Positions 31,777 to 42,060 of a stretch of DNA of 64,000 nucleotides are shown here, one piece after another (position 1 is the first letter of the stretch; every line of letters begins with the position of its first letter). Made by a program: the position numbers and the translations under genes. Origin of the DNA: Microcoleus sp. (lineage in GTDB: Bacteria > Cyanobacteriota > Cyanobacteriia > Cyanobacteriales > Microcoleaceae); NCBI GenBank assembly GCA_052279835.1, contig CP181291.1, positions 5,408,001 to 5,472,000 of the forward strand, given 5' to 3'. The notes under the pieces were generated by a model. It did not search any database and was not told the DNA's origin. It was given only the letters and a program-made list of their open reading frames with translations.

Positions 31777-32400
31777 ATGGCATTAGAACTAATTCAAGCA
31801 GTAGAACAAGCAGATTCTGCCGAGGGCTTGTTAAACTCAGTCAAAGCACTGGCGGCTGCTGACTTAAAAGAAGCAATTCCTACCTTAATTACAGTGCTCG
31901 GCTACAACAACCCAGGGGCCGCCGTTGCCGCCGTGGACGGGCTGATTCAACTCGGAGAACCTGCCGTACTTCCCCTGCTAGAACAGCTTGACGGCTACAA
32001 TTACGGAGCCAGGGCTTGGGCCGTGAGAGCCTTGGCGGGCATTGGAGACCCCAGAGGTTTAAATATTTTGCTCGATGCAGCAGCCAATGACTTTGCTTTG
32101 AGCGTGCGACGGGCGGCCGCTAGGGGTTTGGGAACCATTTGTTGGGAACTGATGCCCGCTGCACAAATTCCAGAATCTCAAAAAAACGCATCTCAAACCC
32201 TGCTGCAAGCGTCCCAAGACCCCGAATGGGTGGTGCGCTACGCAGCAGTAGGTGGTTTGCAAGCTTTGGCTAGTGCTGCTGTTCAACCAGATTGGCTGTC
32301 GCAAGTTTTGAGTAGACTTGAGGAAATTGCCTCTGGTGATGAAACTTCTTCAGTGAGGGCACGGGCGATGCTTGCTAAACAAAAATTGTTACCGGGCTAG
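31777..32400 (+). CDS. cpcF: Phycocyanobilin lyase beta subunit
   Basis: LGYNNPGAAVAAVDGL, DGYNYGARAWA, DFALSVRRAAARGLG and EWVVRYAA. Confidence 0.95.
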   Translation: MALELIQAVEQADSAEGLLNSVKALAAADLKEAIPTLITVLGYNNPGAAVAAVDGLIQLGEPAVLPLLEQLDGYNYGARAWAVRALAGIGDPRGLNILLDAAANDFALSVRRAAARGLGTICWELMPAAQIPESQKNASQTLLQASQDPEWVVRYAAVGGLQALASAAVQPDWLSQVLSRLEEIASGDETSSVRARAMLAKQKLLPG

Positions 32401-32682
32401 GGTTTGGGCGATCGTCTCTTCCAAATCCCGTTGAGGGAGAGTGGTTAATATAAAGACTTCTTGTACAGTTTTGCCCTGTCTGGCGATAATTTTAAATCCC
32501 CCGCGAATGGGTACTGACACTCTTAGTGTCATGTGGGGGATGTGACCTTTAACTTTGTTAATGACACCAGGAGTAATGGTTTGAATGCCAATTTTTTGAG
32601 TCAATCGCTCTAAAATTGGTATCAATCCGTCAAGATGGGTAGAGTGATTCCAAACTAAGCGGCCTTTAGATTGTGGGTTCAT
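32389..32682 (-). CDS. DUF2103-family protein
   Basis: GRLVWNHSTHLDGLIPILERL...ARQGKTVQEVFI. Confidence 0.85.
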   Translation of the reverse strand: MNPQSKGRLVWNHSTHLDGLIPILERLTQKIGIQTITPGVINKVKGHIPHMTLRVSVPIRGGFKIIARQGKTVQEVFILTTLPQRDLEETIAQTLAR

Positions 32683-33100
32683 AGCTTTTTTACCAATTCA
32701 ACATACCCAGTCTAAGCCACCCCAGACGGTGAGAAATTGTCAATTCCCTGAACTTACCCATCAATTAAGACGTGATTAATTGCTCAAACCATTGTTTTGA
32801 CTGCTTTTGCCTTCCTGTTCCCATTTTTGAGCCTGTCATAAAAATAAATGGAATGCTCGCAAGGCTCAATTGTAGCTCAGAAAAAGCAATCATCAACCTA
32901 TTCACAGTCAATCGTCAACAATCATTTCTGAGTGCTAGGGCGATCGATATTACTTAAAATCTAAATCTGCCACACCTTCCCATCCCTCCGGTACATCATA
33001 TTGTTGATATTTAAGCAATTTTACAAAATGTCAAGTTCACAAAATTAGGCGATCGACTCTGATAAAATTTAGTCTAGACAAATTTTTTGAGGACAGACCT

Positions 33101-33427
33101 ATGTCAGAATTTCTAGACTTTCTCAGACATCAGTTTGCCTACGTTGCGGTTGGGGAATTTAAACCAGGCAAATTTAAAGCAGCAGAAGAACTTTTTGAAA
33201 AAGCGGTTGCAACTTACGTCACAGGTTTCAAAGGCGCATACTTGCTGCAATTACCTAATACAGACAAAGGTATTGCAATCGTTTTTTGGGAAAGCGTAGA
33301 TGAAATGGCTGCTAACCACAGCGAAGCTTATCAGGAAATCTTAAATAAAATGACGCCTTTGTTTGTGAAAATACCAGACAGTGATGTTTATGAAATTGTT
33401 AGTGAAATTAAGCCCAAAAGTGAATAA
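33101..33427 (+). CDS. Antibiotic biosynthesis monooxygenase (ABM)-fold protein
   Basis: FKPGK...GFKGAYLL...IVFWES dimeric alpha-beta barrel pattern; GAGGA RBS. Confidence 0.75.
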   Translation: MSEFLDFLRHQFAYVAVGEFKPGKFKAAEELFEKAVATYVTGFKGAYLLQLPNTDKGIAIVFWESVDEMAANHSEAYQEILNKMTPLFVKIPDSDVYEIVSEIKPKSE

Positions 33428-33496
33428 ACTTGGCTGTTGGGTATGTTGAATTGCTACTGGACTGAGGATATGGTAATGGGTAATATCGAATTGTAG

Positions 33497-33617
33497 GGGA
33501 GCATCCCGATTTTGCATAGGCGAAGCATGACCGCAGTAAATCTCTGGTTATAACTAATAAATTGTCTGCGGTCATGCTTCGCCCCTACGAATATATTTAC
33601 AAAACACAGATGCACCC
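33497..33617. mobile_element. MITE with 8-bp target duplication and long internal palindrome
   Basis: GGGAGCATC...GATGCACCC ends; AATTGTAG duplicated at 33489-33496 and 33618-33625; internal GCGAAGCATGACCGCAG...CTGCGGTCATGCTTCGC. Confidence 0.7.
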
Positions 33618-33867
33618 AATTGTAGGGTGCGCCATGTAAGTGTTTTGAAAAATTTAGGCGTTGGGAATTTGACGCACCTTGCTTTTAATTGATAAGTAGA
33701 AGGAAGAAGGAAGAGGCCACCCCCCCCTGCCCCCCCCAAGGGGGGAAGATCGATGTGAAGAATAGCAAGCCAGTCAGTTTTTGAGCGATTTGGATCTTGC
33801 ATTTAATTAGGTGGACTTACTTACTAGCCTCAAGAAGTCTGGCATCGGGATATTCTATGGCCAGATT

Positions 33868-34950
33868 TTAGGCTATAGAAATTTTGGGAGACAGGTAAAC
33901 GTCTTGAATGGCGTTAAATAATTTTACCCCTTCTTCAAAGGGTCTCTGAAAGGTTTTACGTCCAGAAATTAAACCGCAACCCCCAGCGCGTTTGTTAATT
34001 ACTGCCGTGCGAATGGCTTCTGCAAAATCGGTTTTTCCTGAAGCACCGCCGGAATTAATTAAACCCATCCTTCCTGCATAACAGTTGAGGACTTGATAGC
34101 GAGTGAGATCGATCGGGTGATCCGTCGTCAAATCCGAATAAACCCGCTTGTCGGTTTTGCCGTAACTGTTACCGCTAGCTTTAGCAACAGCTTCGTAACC
34201 GTGGTTGCACTCTGGTAATTTCTGCTTAATAATGTCAGCTTCAATTGTCACACCCAAGTGATTTGCTTGACCGGTCAAGTCCGCTGCCAGATGATAATCT
34301 TTGTCTTGTTTAAAGATGTCGTTGCGGAGATAACACCAGAGAATTGTCGCCATTCCGTATTCGTGAGCATGAGCAAAAGCTTGACTGACTTCTTGGATTT
34401 GTCTGGTGGATTCTGGCGACCCAAAATAGATTGTGGCTCCGACTGCAACGGCTCCCAAATTCCAAGCTTGTTCGACGGAAGCAAACATTATTTGGTCGTA
34501 TTGATTGGGATAAGTTAGCAATTCATTGTGATTTAGCTTCACAATGAAAGGGATTTTGTGGGCGTATTTACGAGATACACTTCCCAAAACTCCTAGGGTA
34601 GTGGCGACAGCATTGCATCCGGCAGAAATTGCTAATTTAATGATATTTTCGCTGTCAAAATAGATGGGATTTGGTGCGAAAGAAGCGCCCGCTGAGTGTT
34701 CGATTCCTTGGTCTACGGGCAGGATAGATAAATAGCCGGTATTTGCTAAGCGTCCGCTAGAATATAGTTGCTGAAGAGAGCGGAGGACTTGAGGCGATCG
34801 ATCGGTTTGAGCGAAAATGCGATCGACCCAATCCGGGCCGGGTAGGTGCAATAAATCTTTAGAAACTTTCGCTTGATAGCCCAGCAAGTCTTCTGCTTCA
34901 TCGCCGAGCCAAGACTCGATGGAATTGGAAACTGATAGTGTAGCTGTCAT
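33868..34950 (-). CDS. fbaB: Class I fructose-bisphosphate aldolase (DhnA type)
   Basis: [29 protein letters not shown] and GLISGRK. Confidence 0.95.
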   Translation of the reverse strand: MTATLSVSNSIESWLGDEAEDLLGYQAKVSKDLLHLPGPDWVDRIFAQTDRSPQVLRSLQQLYSSGRLANTGYLSILPVDQGIEHSAGASFAPNPIYFDSENIIKLAISAGCNAVATTLGVLGSVSRKYAHKIPFIVKLNHNELLTYPNQYDQIMFASVEQAWNLGAVAVGATIYFGSPESTRQIQEVSQAFAHAHEYGMATILWCYLRNDIFKQDKDYHLAADLTGQANHLGVTIEADIIKQKLPECNHGYEAVAKASGNSYGKTDKRVYSDLTTDHPIDLTRYQVLNCYAGRMGLINSGGASGKTDFAEAIRTAVINKRAGGCGLISGRKTFQRPFEEGVKLFNAIQDVYLSPKISIA

Positions 34951-35168
34951 ACAGATTTCCCCTTCAATTTCAATGGTAGGCTGATGATTGTAGTCATTAG
35001 CCTTGCTGGTATTGTAGCAAAAAAATCCTAGTTGCCATCCGGGGGAATATCAGGAAAGTTTTTAATCAGATTAGAGACAAGAGCAACTTTGACGCGCTAC
35101 TCTAGAATAAGCTGGCAGCTCAACAGCAGCTCAAGTACCAGCGATCGATTCACAACTTCGCCATCAAA

Positions 35169-37799
35169 ATGTCACACATATACTTTGATTCTGACAACGG
35201 TCACAAATCCTTTGAGATGCCCGGTGCTCGGCCGCATTACAATCCCGATCGCCCCGGTCAAGTAGAGCATATTTTCCTGGACTTAGTGCTGGATATTCCC
35301 AAACAAAGCTTTCACGGTACTTGCAGCGTGCGCATCAATCCAGTCCGCAGCGGTATTGACAAATTAACCTTAGATGCCGTTAACCTAAAAATTAAATCAG
35401 TAAAAGTCGGCAACATCGAGCAAAGTTTTGAGAGTGATGGCGAATTTCTAGAAATTGAATTACAGGAACCAACAGCAGCCTACAAACCAATTAAAATTGA
35501 GATCGACTATGCAGTCGAAAAACCCCAGCGAGGTCTTTATTTCGTCGGTCCAGACAAACACTACCCCGATAAACCAACTCAAGTTTGGACGCAAGGCGAA
35601 GATGAAGATTCGCGCTTTTGGTTTCCCTGTTTCGACTATCCCGGACAACTGGCAACTTCCGAAATTAAAGTACAAGTTCCCAAACAACTTTTTGCTATTT
35701 CTAACGGGGAATTAATCAACACAGAAACCAAGGGAGATGATAAAATTTATCACTGGTTGCAAAAACAGGTTCATCCCAGCTATTTGATGACTTTGGCTGT
35801 GGGAGATTTTGCGGAAATTAAAGATGAGTGGAACGGCAAACCTGTTAATTATTACGTGGAAAGAAGCCGGGAAGCTGATGCCAAACGCACCATGGGCAAA
35901 ACGCCTCAAATGATTGAATTTTTTTCTCAGACATTTGGCTACCCTTACCCGTTTCCGAAATACGCTCAAGTCTGCGTGGATGATTTCATCTTCGGGGGGA
36001 TGGAAAATACTTCGACAACTTTGCTAACAGATAGGTGCTTGTTAGACGAACGCGCTACTCTGGATAATCGTGGTTCCGAAAGCTTGGTTGCTCATGAATT
36101 AGCTCACCAATGGTTTGGCGATTTGGTAGTCATCAAACACTGGTCTCATGCTTGGATTAAAGAAGGCATGGCTTCTTATTGTGAGGTACTGTGGACTGAT
36201 AAAGAATACGGGAAAGAAGACGCGGCTTACTATATGTTAAACGAGGCGCGCAATTATTTAGCTGAAGATAGTGCTCGCTACCGCCGCCCGATGGTAACTC
36301 ACGTTTACCGGGAGGCGATCGAATTGTACGATCGCCATTTGTACGAAAAAGGCGCTTGCGTATATCACATGATCCGCGCCGAGTTGGGCGATGAGTTGTT
36401 TTACAAAGCTATTCAGACTTTTGTCCAGGACAATGCTCACAAAACTGTAGAAACTATTGATTTGTTGCGGGCGATCGAAAAAGCGACTGGTCGCAATTTA
36501 ATGTTTTTGTTTGACCAGTACGTTTATCGAGGCGGTCATCCAGATTACAAAGTTGCTTATTCCTGGGATGGAGATAACAAACTAGCGAAAGTTACTGTCA
36601 CCCAAACTCAGATAAAAGAACCGAAAAATGGCAATGCTAACAGTAAGGATGTATTCGATCTCAAAATTCCGATCGGCTTCGGTTACAAGCCGGAAAAATC
36701 AGACAGCGATGAGAGTTCTGCATCCTCTGGGCCGAAGCTGAAAATTTTTACGGTGCGCGTGTACGAACGGGAGCAAAGTTTCTATTTTCCCTTAGAAGAG
36801 AAGCCTGCCTTCATCAGCTTTGATGTGGAAAATAAATACTTAAAAACAGTTAGTTTAGAGTTGCCTGTTGCCGAACTAAAAGCTCAGTTGCAATTAGATC
36901 CTGACCCAGTTTCCCGGATTTACGCCGCCCAAGCTTTGGCCAAAAAGGGAGGATTGGAGGTCGTGAACTTGCTATCAGAAGCTTTGAAGAAGGAGCCATT
37001 TTGGGCGGTGCGTGCGGAAGTTGCTGGCTATTTAGTAGAAATTAAACTAGACCAAGTTTTTGAAGGTTTGGTAACTGGTTTGAAGGATAAAGATGCTCGT
37101 GTTCGCCGTGCTGTGGTGGGGGCGCTGGGTAAAATCAAAACTCACGAAAGCTATAAAGCTTTGAGATCCATTGTTGAAAAAGGGGATGCTAGCTATTATG
37201 TAGAAGCGGCGGCTGCAAGTGCGATCGGGGGAATTGCAGGGGCTAACCTGGATGAAAAACCGACTGACGAACAGGTACTCAAAGAGTTAAAATTGGTGCT
37301 GAAAGAGCGTCAAGGGTGGAATGAGGTGGTGCGATCGGGGGCGATATCCGGTTTAGCCCAAATGAAAACCTCTGAAGACGCGCTGAATCAGATTTTGAAA
37401 TACACAGCCATTGGTACTCCCCAAGCTTTGCGCTTGGGTGCAATTCGTGCTTTGGGTACAATTTCTACCGGCCAAAATAAGCTTAATTTAGAACGGATTT
37501 TACAGCGATTGGCTGAACTATCTAAAGAGACGTTTTTCTTGACTCAAGTATCTGTAGTTGCAGCATTAGGACAAATGGAAACTCGCAAAGCGATTCGGAT
37601 TTTGCGTGCTTTAGCGGACCAAACTCCTGATGGGCGCGTTCGTCGCATGGCGGATGAGGCTGTGCAAAGAGTGCTCAAAAGCGCTGGTTCTGATGCAGCA
37701 GTGAAGCAGTTGCGAGAGGAATTAGACCAGGTAAAAAAGGACAATCAAGAGTTGAAAAGTCGTTTGGAAAGTTTGGAGGCTAAGTCGAAAAAAGATTAG
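35169..37799 (+). CDS. pepN: M1 aminopeptidase with C-terminal HEAT repeats and coiled coil
   Basis: GGMEN, HELAHQWFG...E and YEKG motifs. Confidence 0.93.
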   Translation: MSHIYFDSDNGHKSFEMPGARPHYNPDRPGQVEHIFLDLVLDIPKQSFHGTCSVRINPVRSGIDKLTLDAVNLKIKSVKVGNIEQSFESDGEFLEIELQEPTAAYKPIKIEIDYAVEKPQRGLYFVGPDKHYPDKPTQVWTQGEDEDSRFWFPCFDYPGQLATSEIKVQVPKQLFAISNGELINTETKGDDKIYHWLQKQVHPSYLMTLAVGDFAEIKDEWNGKPVNYYVERSREADAKRTMGKTPQMIEFFSQTFGYPYPFPKYAQVCVDDFIFGGMENTSTTLLTDRCLLDERATLDNRGSESLVAHELAHQWFGDLVVIKHWSHAWIKEGMASYCEVLWTDKEYGKEDAAYYMLNEARNYLAEDSARYRRPMVTHVYREAIELYDRHLYEKGACVYHMIRAELGDELFYKAIQTFVQDNAHKTVETIDLLRAIEKATGRNLMFLFDQYVYRGGHPDYKVAYSWDGDNKLAKVTVTQTQIKEPKNGNANSKDVFDLKIPIGFGYKPEKSDSDESSASSGPKLKIFTVRVYEREQSFYFPLEEKPAFISFDVENKYLKTVSLELPVAELKAQLQLDPDPVSRIYAAQALAKKGGLEVVNLLSEALKKEPFWAVRAEVAGYLVEIKLDQVFEGLVTGLKDKDARVRRAVVGALGKIKTHESYKALRSIVEKGDASYYVEAAAASAIGGIAGANLDEKPTDEQVLKELKLVLKERQGWNEVVRSGAISGLAQMKTSEDALNQILKYTAIGTPQALRLGAIRALGTISTGQNKLNLERILQRLAELSKETFFLTQVSVVAALGQMETRKAIRILRALADQTPDGRVRRMADEAVQRVLKSAGSDAAVKQLREELDQVKKDNQELKSRLESLEAKSKKD

Positions 37800-37819
37800 G
37801 TTAAGTAGATAAACCTAAA

Positions 37820-37882
37820 AAACCCGGTTTCTTCGATAAATTTCGATTTATGTGAGATATTGAGGAAGAAACCGGGTTTTTG
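37820..37882. repeat. REP-like inverted repeat AAACCCGGTTTCT...AGAAACCGGGTTT
   Basis: Relatives near 19611-19641 and 5127-5190; may also act as a terminator. Confidence 0.7.
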
Positions 37883-37987
37883 ACCTCGTGCGTAAGTTAT
37901 GTAAAATCTGGGTGCAATTTGTGTTTTTAATTTTCAATTGTGAATTAAGTTGAACCAGTTTTTGCACTACAATATGTTTCCTAAATT

Positions 37988-38404
37988 ATGAGTAGCAGAA
38001 CAATTGTATTGGTGGAACAATCGGGGGTAATTCCCTACCGCCTTATGGACGGTAAAATTGAAGTAATGTTGATTACTTCTTCGGGAGGTAAGCGTTGGGT
38101 AATTCCGAAAGGTTTGATTGAACCTGACATGACTCCCGAAGATTCGGCGGCAAAGGAAGCTTGGGAGGAAGCAGGTGTATTGGGTCGAGTATTTCCAGAT
38201 TTGATGGGGACTTACGAATACTATAAGGCTGGTTGTACTTGGCAAGTGGATGTATTTTTACTGCAAGTAGAAACTGTGGTGGAAAATTGGCCTGAAGCTT
38301 ATAAGAGAAAGCGTCAGTGGGTGAGCATTCCTAAAGCAATTAAGCGGGTTGATGAACCGGAATTGAAATTGATTCTTGGGGATTTGCCGCAGAGATTTTG
38401 GTAA
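37988..38404 (+). CDS. NUDIX hydrolase (diphosphoinositol/Ap6A-like)
   Basis: WVIPKG..E......SAAKEAWEEAGV Nudix box. Confidence 0.92.
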   Translation: MSSRTIVLVEQSGVIPYRLMDGKIEVMLITSSGGKRWVIPKGLIEPDMTPEDSAAKEAWEEAGVLGRVFPDLMGTYEYYKAGCTWQVDVFLLQVETVVENWPEAYKRKRQWVSIPKAIKRVDEPELKLILGDLPQRFW

Positions 38405-38572
38405 GCAGTCGATCGGTAAGGGGGGGTTTACCAATACTTTGGTTTTCCACCATAAATTCGGTTGAACCCGCTAAAAGAAAAAAATGACTGAAGACTATAT
38501 GCAGTAAGATTCTGGAGATGCGATCGCCATGCCATCTCCTCTGATGACCCACATTAACCCAATTAAAATTAT

Positions 38573-39145
38573 GGCGTTGCTGGATGGAGGTATGATAGAG
38601 TTCGATCGAGAGTAACAAAAAAACATCAACCTAGAATTAAAATCAATGCAATGTCCTGAATGTAAGTCAACTCATATTCCTAATAATGGACACAAAAAAG
38701 GCAAACACAATTGTCTTTATGTTAACTGTGGTAAACAATTTATATACTCTTATGAATATCAGAAAGGATACGTAAAATAAGTTAAACAACAATGCCTATT
38801 AATATGTTAATGGCAGGGAATTTCGAGGTATTGAGAGAGTTAAAGGCGCACATAATACAACAATTATGGCGGGGGACAACAAGTAGGAGAACTGCTGCCA
38901 GATTATTACACTCAGCGAGACCATACCCGACCTAGGAGAATTAGATGAACTGGAAACATTTGTTAAGTCAAAAAAAATAAAATTTGGTTAGGGACGGCAG
39001 TAAACTACTTTCAAGTAGGTATTTTAGGGTAGGTGTTGGGAGACCCTAGCCCTCAGACATTTAAACCTTTATGGGATGAGGTAGTTAGCAAAGGGAAATG
39101 CTATTTTTATGTAACTGATGGAGGGAAGGTTTACCCAATATGGGC
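38573..39145 (+). pseudogene. Degenerate IS1-family transposase (insA/insB) relic
   Basis: MQCPECKS...CGKQF from 38646 with stops; ELDELETFVKSKKNKIW...YFYVTDG.KVYP; A-rich slippery site near 38970; IS-end-like GGCGTTGCTG at 38573. Confidence 0.85.
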
Positions 39146-39341
39146 TGTTATTAATAAGGATACTAATCCCTTTAAGTTATCCATACTGTTCTCAAGGCTA
39201 TTCCAGAGTTCTGCGATTGTAACCGCTTTGAAAAATTAAAATTGCTTTGGCTAATGCCGAGCGTAAGCGATAGCGCTTAGCCCTTTTTTCTATTTCTCCA
39301 AACCTTGATAAATATCGTTAAGTCGCTGCGCCACTCTACTG

Positions 39342-40154
39342 CTAAAGGAGTCGCAACCGAATTACTAGGATTGGGGGAATTTCTGTAATATTTTTCCATG
39401 ATAGAAGTCGGTCTGGTGCTACTTGTCCAGCCCAAGCAAGTTCTTCAATACCATCTAGAACGAACCCTGCGGCGAAACAGATGTTTAAGAGATGACTGAT
39501 GGAGCGATGAAAGTAGTAATGAGAAACAGGCTGTCCTGGGGTTGCAAGACCTTTTTGTGTTGAGGGAGTTAAATACTTGGTTACTTTGACTGAATACAGA
39601 GTTGTTAGAGCTTCCTGTTCGATAATTTGCTCCGCCATGACTTGGCTACCAAGGGAACTAAAACACGGATGAAGAATCGAAAAAACAAAGCATCCACCAA
39701 CTTTCAGCAATTGTGAAAGTGCATTCAATAATGGTTCAATAGTTACTATATCCATCAGCGCCATATTGGCAACAGCCGCATCAAACTGTCTTTGACCCAA
39801 GGAAAGGAGTTGTGCTTCCTTTGTAGCATCAATATGCTTGTAAATAATGTTTTGATTGATTGATTGTTGATGTTGACGAGCGCGTTCTAAAAAACTTTCT
39901 GAAAAATCACACGCAACTACTTCTGCTCCGAGTGCTGCTAACCGCCGAGAAAATTGACCGTTACCACAAGCTATATCCAGGACTTTTTCGCCTGACTTCA
40001 AAGATAACAATCGCTCTGTTGTTGGAGCAATCAGAATGCGGTGAAGATCGTTACCACTTTCTCCTGTTTGATCATCCCACCAACTGCCAAGCTGATTCCA
40101 ATTGTCTTGGGATTCTTGTACTAATTCTTCTTGTGAGTGCCTATTACTGTTCAT
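39342..40154 (-). CDS. Class I SAM-dependent methyltransferase
   Basis: VLDIACGNG motif I, FDAAVANMALMDI, GGCFVFSILHP. Confidence 0.9.
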   Translation of the reverse strand: MNSNRHSQEELVQESQDNWNQLGSWWDDQTGESGNDLHRILIAPTTERLLSLKSGEKVLDIACGNGQFSRRLAALGAEVVACDFSESFLERARQHQQSINQNIIYKHIDATKEAQLLSLGQRQFDAAVANMALMDIVTIEPLLNALSQLLKVGGCFVFSILHPCFSSLGSQVMAEQIIEQEALTTLYSVKVTKYLTPSTQKGLATPGQPVSHYYFHRSISHLLNICFAAGFVLDGIEELAWAGQVAPDRLLSWKNITEIPPILVIRLRLL

Positions 40155-40370
40155 TTGTCAAAATTTTAGGGTTGAGATTATAAAGCTTGCCAAATCAAGA
40201 TATCAAATAGTTTAATGTCTAATGATGTGCTTAGTCAAGCAATTTTATATGAGAAAAGCTAATCAATTACTGAAAGAATTTAAAAAAACGAATATAAAAA
40301 AGCCAATCGCTATTATTAGATATAAGTACGGGCTGCCCCTTCCTGTGGTGTTAACTGTAAAATAAAAGCT

Positions 40371-41909
40371 CTAGTAGCATTCGTTTAACAATACCTTCGC
40401 CAATTTTTCGATAACAAGCACAGAATCAGGGTTTTTGCTCAAGGGTTGCAATCGAGCCAATTGTTCAATTAAAACAAAACGCATATCTCGTTTTTGGCTA
40501 ATTATCTTTAATTCTGGATGCTCGACATTAAAAAAATCGAGTCCTATTTCTTGTCCTGAAATTAAAAATGTATTAACAGCCACTTTATATTTCTTTTCAG
40601 CATCTAAATTCTGCCGATTAATCAACCAAGTTTTTGAAGCTGGATTCCAAATAACATTATATGTTTGCAAATAGCTACCAGTGCCTTTATTCGTTTCCCC
40701 TTGGTTTAAAACTTTCTTTAAAAGATTACCAGTTATTTCTAATAATAAAATTTTTTCATATTCAAATGGTATAATACGAATTACATCATATTGAGTAATC
40801 CAACTTGGCGGAATTACCTCATCTATACGAATTACGCCACTATTAAATAAAGCTAAATCTGCGTTTCCTGTTTCTTGTATCATTGATTTAGCAATCAACT
40901 TAGTTAATATTGTAGGCTGCTTACGAATAGTTGATTCTAAACCATTGAGAAAAATGGCAACTTTGGCAATTTTATACTCTGGATTAAAACCATTAGTTTT
41001 AAAAGTGTCATAGCCTAGTTCTAACCATTTTTTTACCACTTTTTTCGTGTTAAGATTTTCAGGAATTTCTTCAGTAATCGGTATGAGGTAAGATTTAATT
41101 TCAAGGCTTTTTTTAAGAGTATTATAAATTAGTTGATGAACATAGACACTTCGCGAATTAACATCTGATTTAAAGATGGGTGCATAATTTTTAATTTGTT
41201 TTTTTGCAGCTTTATGGTCATGTCCACCAATAATCAGATCAATTTCTGGAGTAAGAGTTGCTAATTTGCAATCATCTTCAATTGGCAAATGAGTCATGCC
41301 AATCAGAATATCAACTTTATCTCTTAAAAATTTAGCCTGCTGATTGGCTGTGTTAATAGGGTTTGTATAGGTAACATAGTTGGACTTGTTGCAATCAGTC
41401 GTGACTCCAATTAACCCGATTTTAACGATTGTTCCATCATTGTTTTTTACATCAAAAATAATAAACCTTGGGACATTTTCAAAAGGTTGTCCATTTCGAT
41501 CCGAAACATTACCAGAAAACCATGTAAAGCAAGATTCTTTTAGTCTTTGATAAAATAACTTCTCAACAATGTCAAACTCATGGTTTCCAAATGTTGCGTA
41601 ATTCACCCCCAAAGAATTCATTACAGCGACCATCTGCTGCCCCGCCAGAGGAATTCCATTGATTTTAGCATTCCCCAAAGCCGAAGGACTTAAACAATCT
41701 CCAGAAAACATTGTATAAGTATTAGGATTTAGTTGGATAAGTGCTTTCTTTAATGTAGCAATACGAGCAAAACCACCACGGACTCCCCCTTCTAGAGAAT
41801 TAATTTCATAGGTATCATTCAGTTGTAACAGATTAATATTTACAACTTCGGGATTTAGAGAATTACCCTCAAAATGTGGGAAGCCTGGGCATGAGTTGGT
41901 AAAGTTCAT
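40371..41909 (-). CDS. Bifunctional metallophosphatase / 5'-nucleotidase
   Basis: LND.Y, SGD, GNHEFD, THL and GGHDH; C-terminal NSG.IR 5'-nucleotidase domain. Confidence 0.88.
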   Translation of the reverse strand: MNFTNSCPGFPHFEGNSLNPEVVNINLLQLNDTYEINSLEGGVRGGFARIATLKKALIQLNPNTYTMFSGDCLSPSALGNAKINGIPLAGQQMVAVMNSLGVNYATFGNHEFDIVEKLFYQRLKESCFTWFSGNVSDRNGQPFENVPRFIIFDVKNNDGTIVKIGLIGVTTDCNKSNYVTYTNPINTANQQAKFLRDKVDILIGMTHLPIEDDCKLATLTPEIDLIIGGHDHKAAKKQIKNYAPIFKSDVNSRSVYVHQLIYNTLKKSLEIKSYLIPITEEIPENLNTKKVVKKWLELGYDTFKTNGFNPEYKIAKVAIFLNGLESTIRKQPTILTKLIAKSMIQETGNADLALFNSGVIRIDEVIPPSWITQYDVIRIIPFEYEKILLLEITGNLLKKVLNQGETNKGTGSYLQTYNVIWNPASKTWLINRQNLDAEKKYKVAVNTFLISGQEIGLDFFNVEHPELKIISQKRDMRFVLIEQLARLQPLSKNPDSVLVIEKLAKVLLNECY

Positions 41910-41911
41910 AA

Positions 41912-42048
41912 CCTATGATAATGAAAACATACTGGTTATACTTGTAATATCCGAGTACATCGGAATTATGTATTTTGTGGTGCGGGCATCTTGCCCGCTA
42001 TCTCTACAGAATCCTATCATAATAAAAACATACTGATTATACTTGTAA
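41912..42048. repeat. 36-bp direct repeat pair flanking a REP palindrome
   Basis: CCTATGATAATGAAAACATACTGGTTATACTTGTAA (41912) and CCTATCATAATAAAAACATACTGATTATACTTGTAA (42013); interior GCGGGCATCTTGCCCGC. Confidence 0.8.
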
Positions 42049-42060
42049 CTGTTACTTGAG

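Noticed and set aside
41912..42048. Mini-CRISPR (36-bp repeats)
   Set aside because: Only two non-palindromic copies, and the 65-bp interior is a REP.
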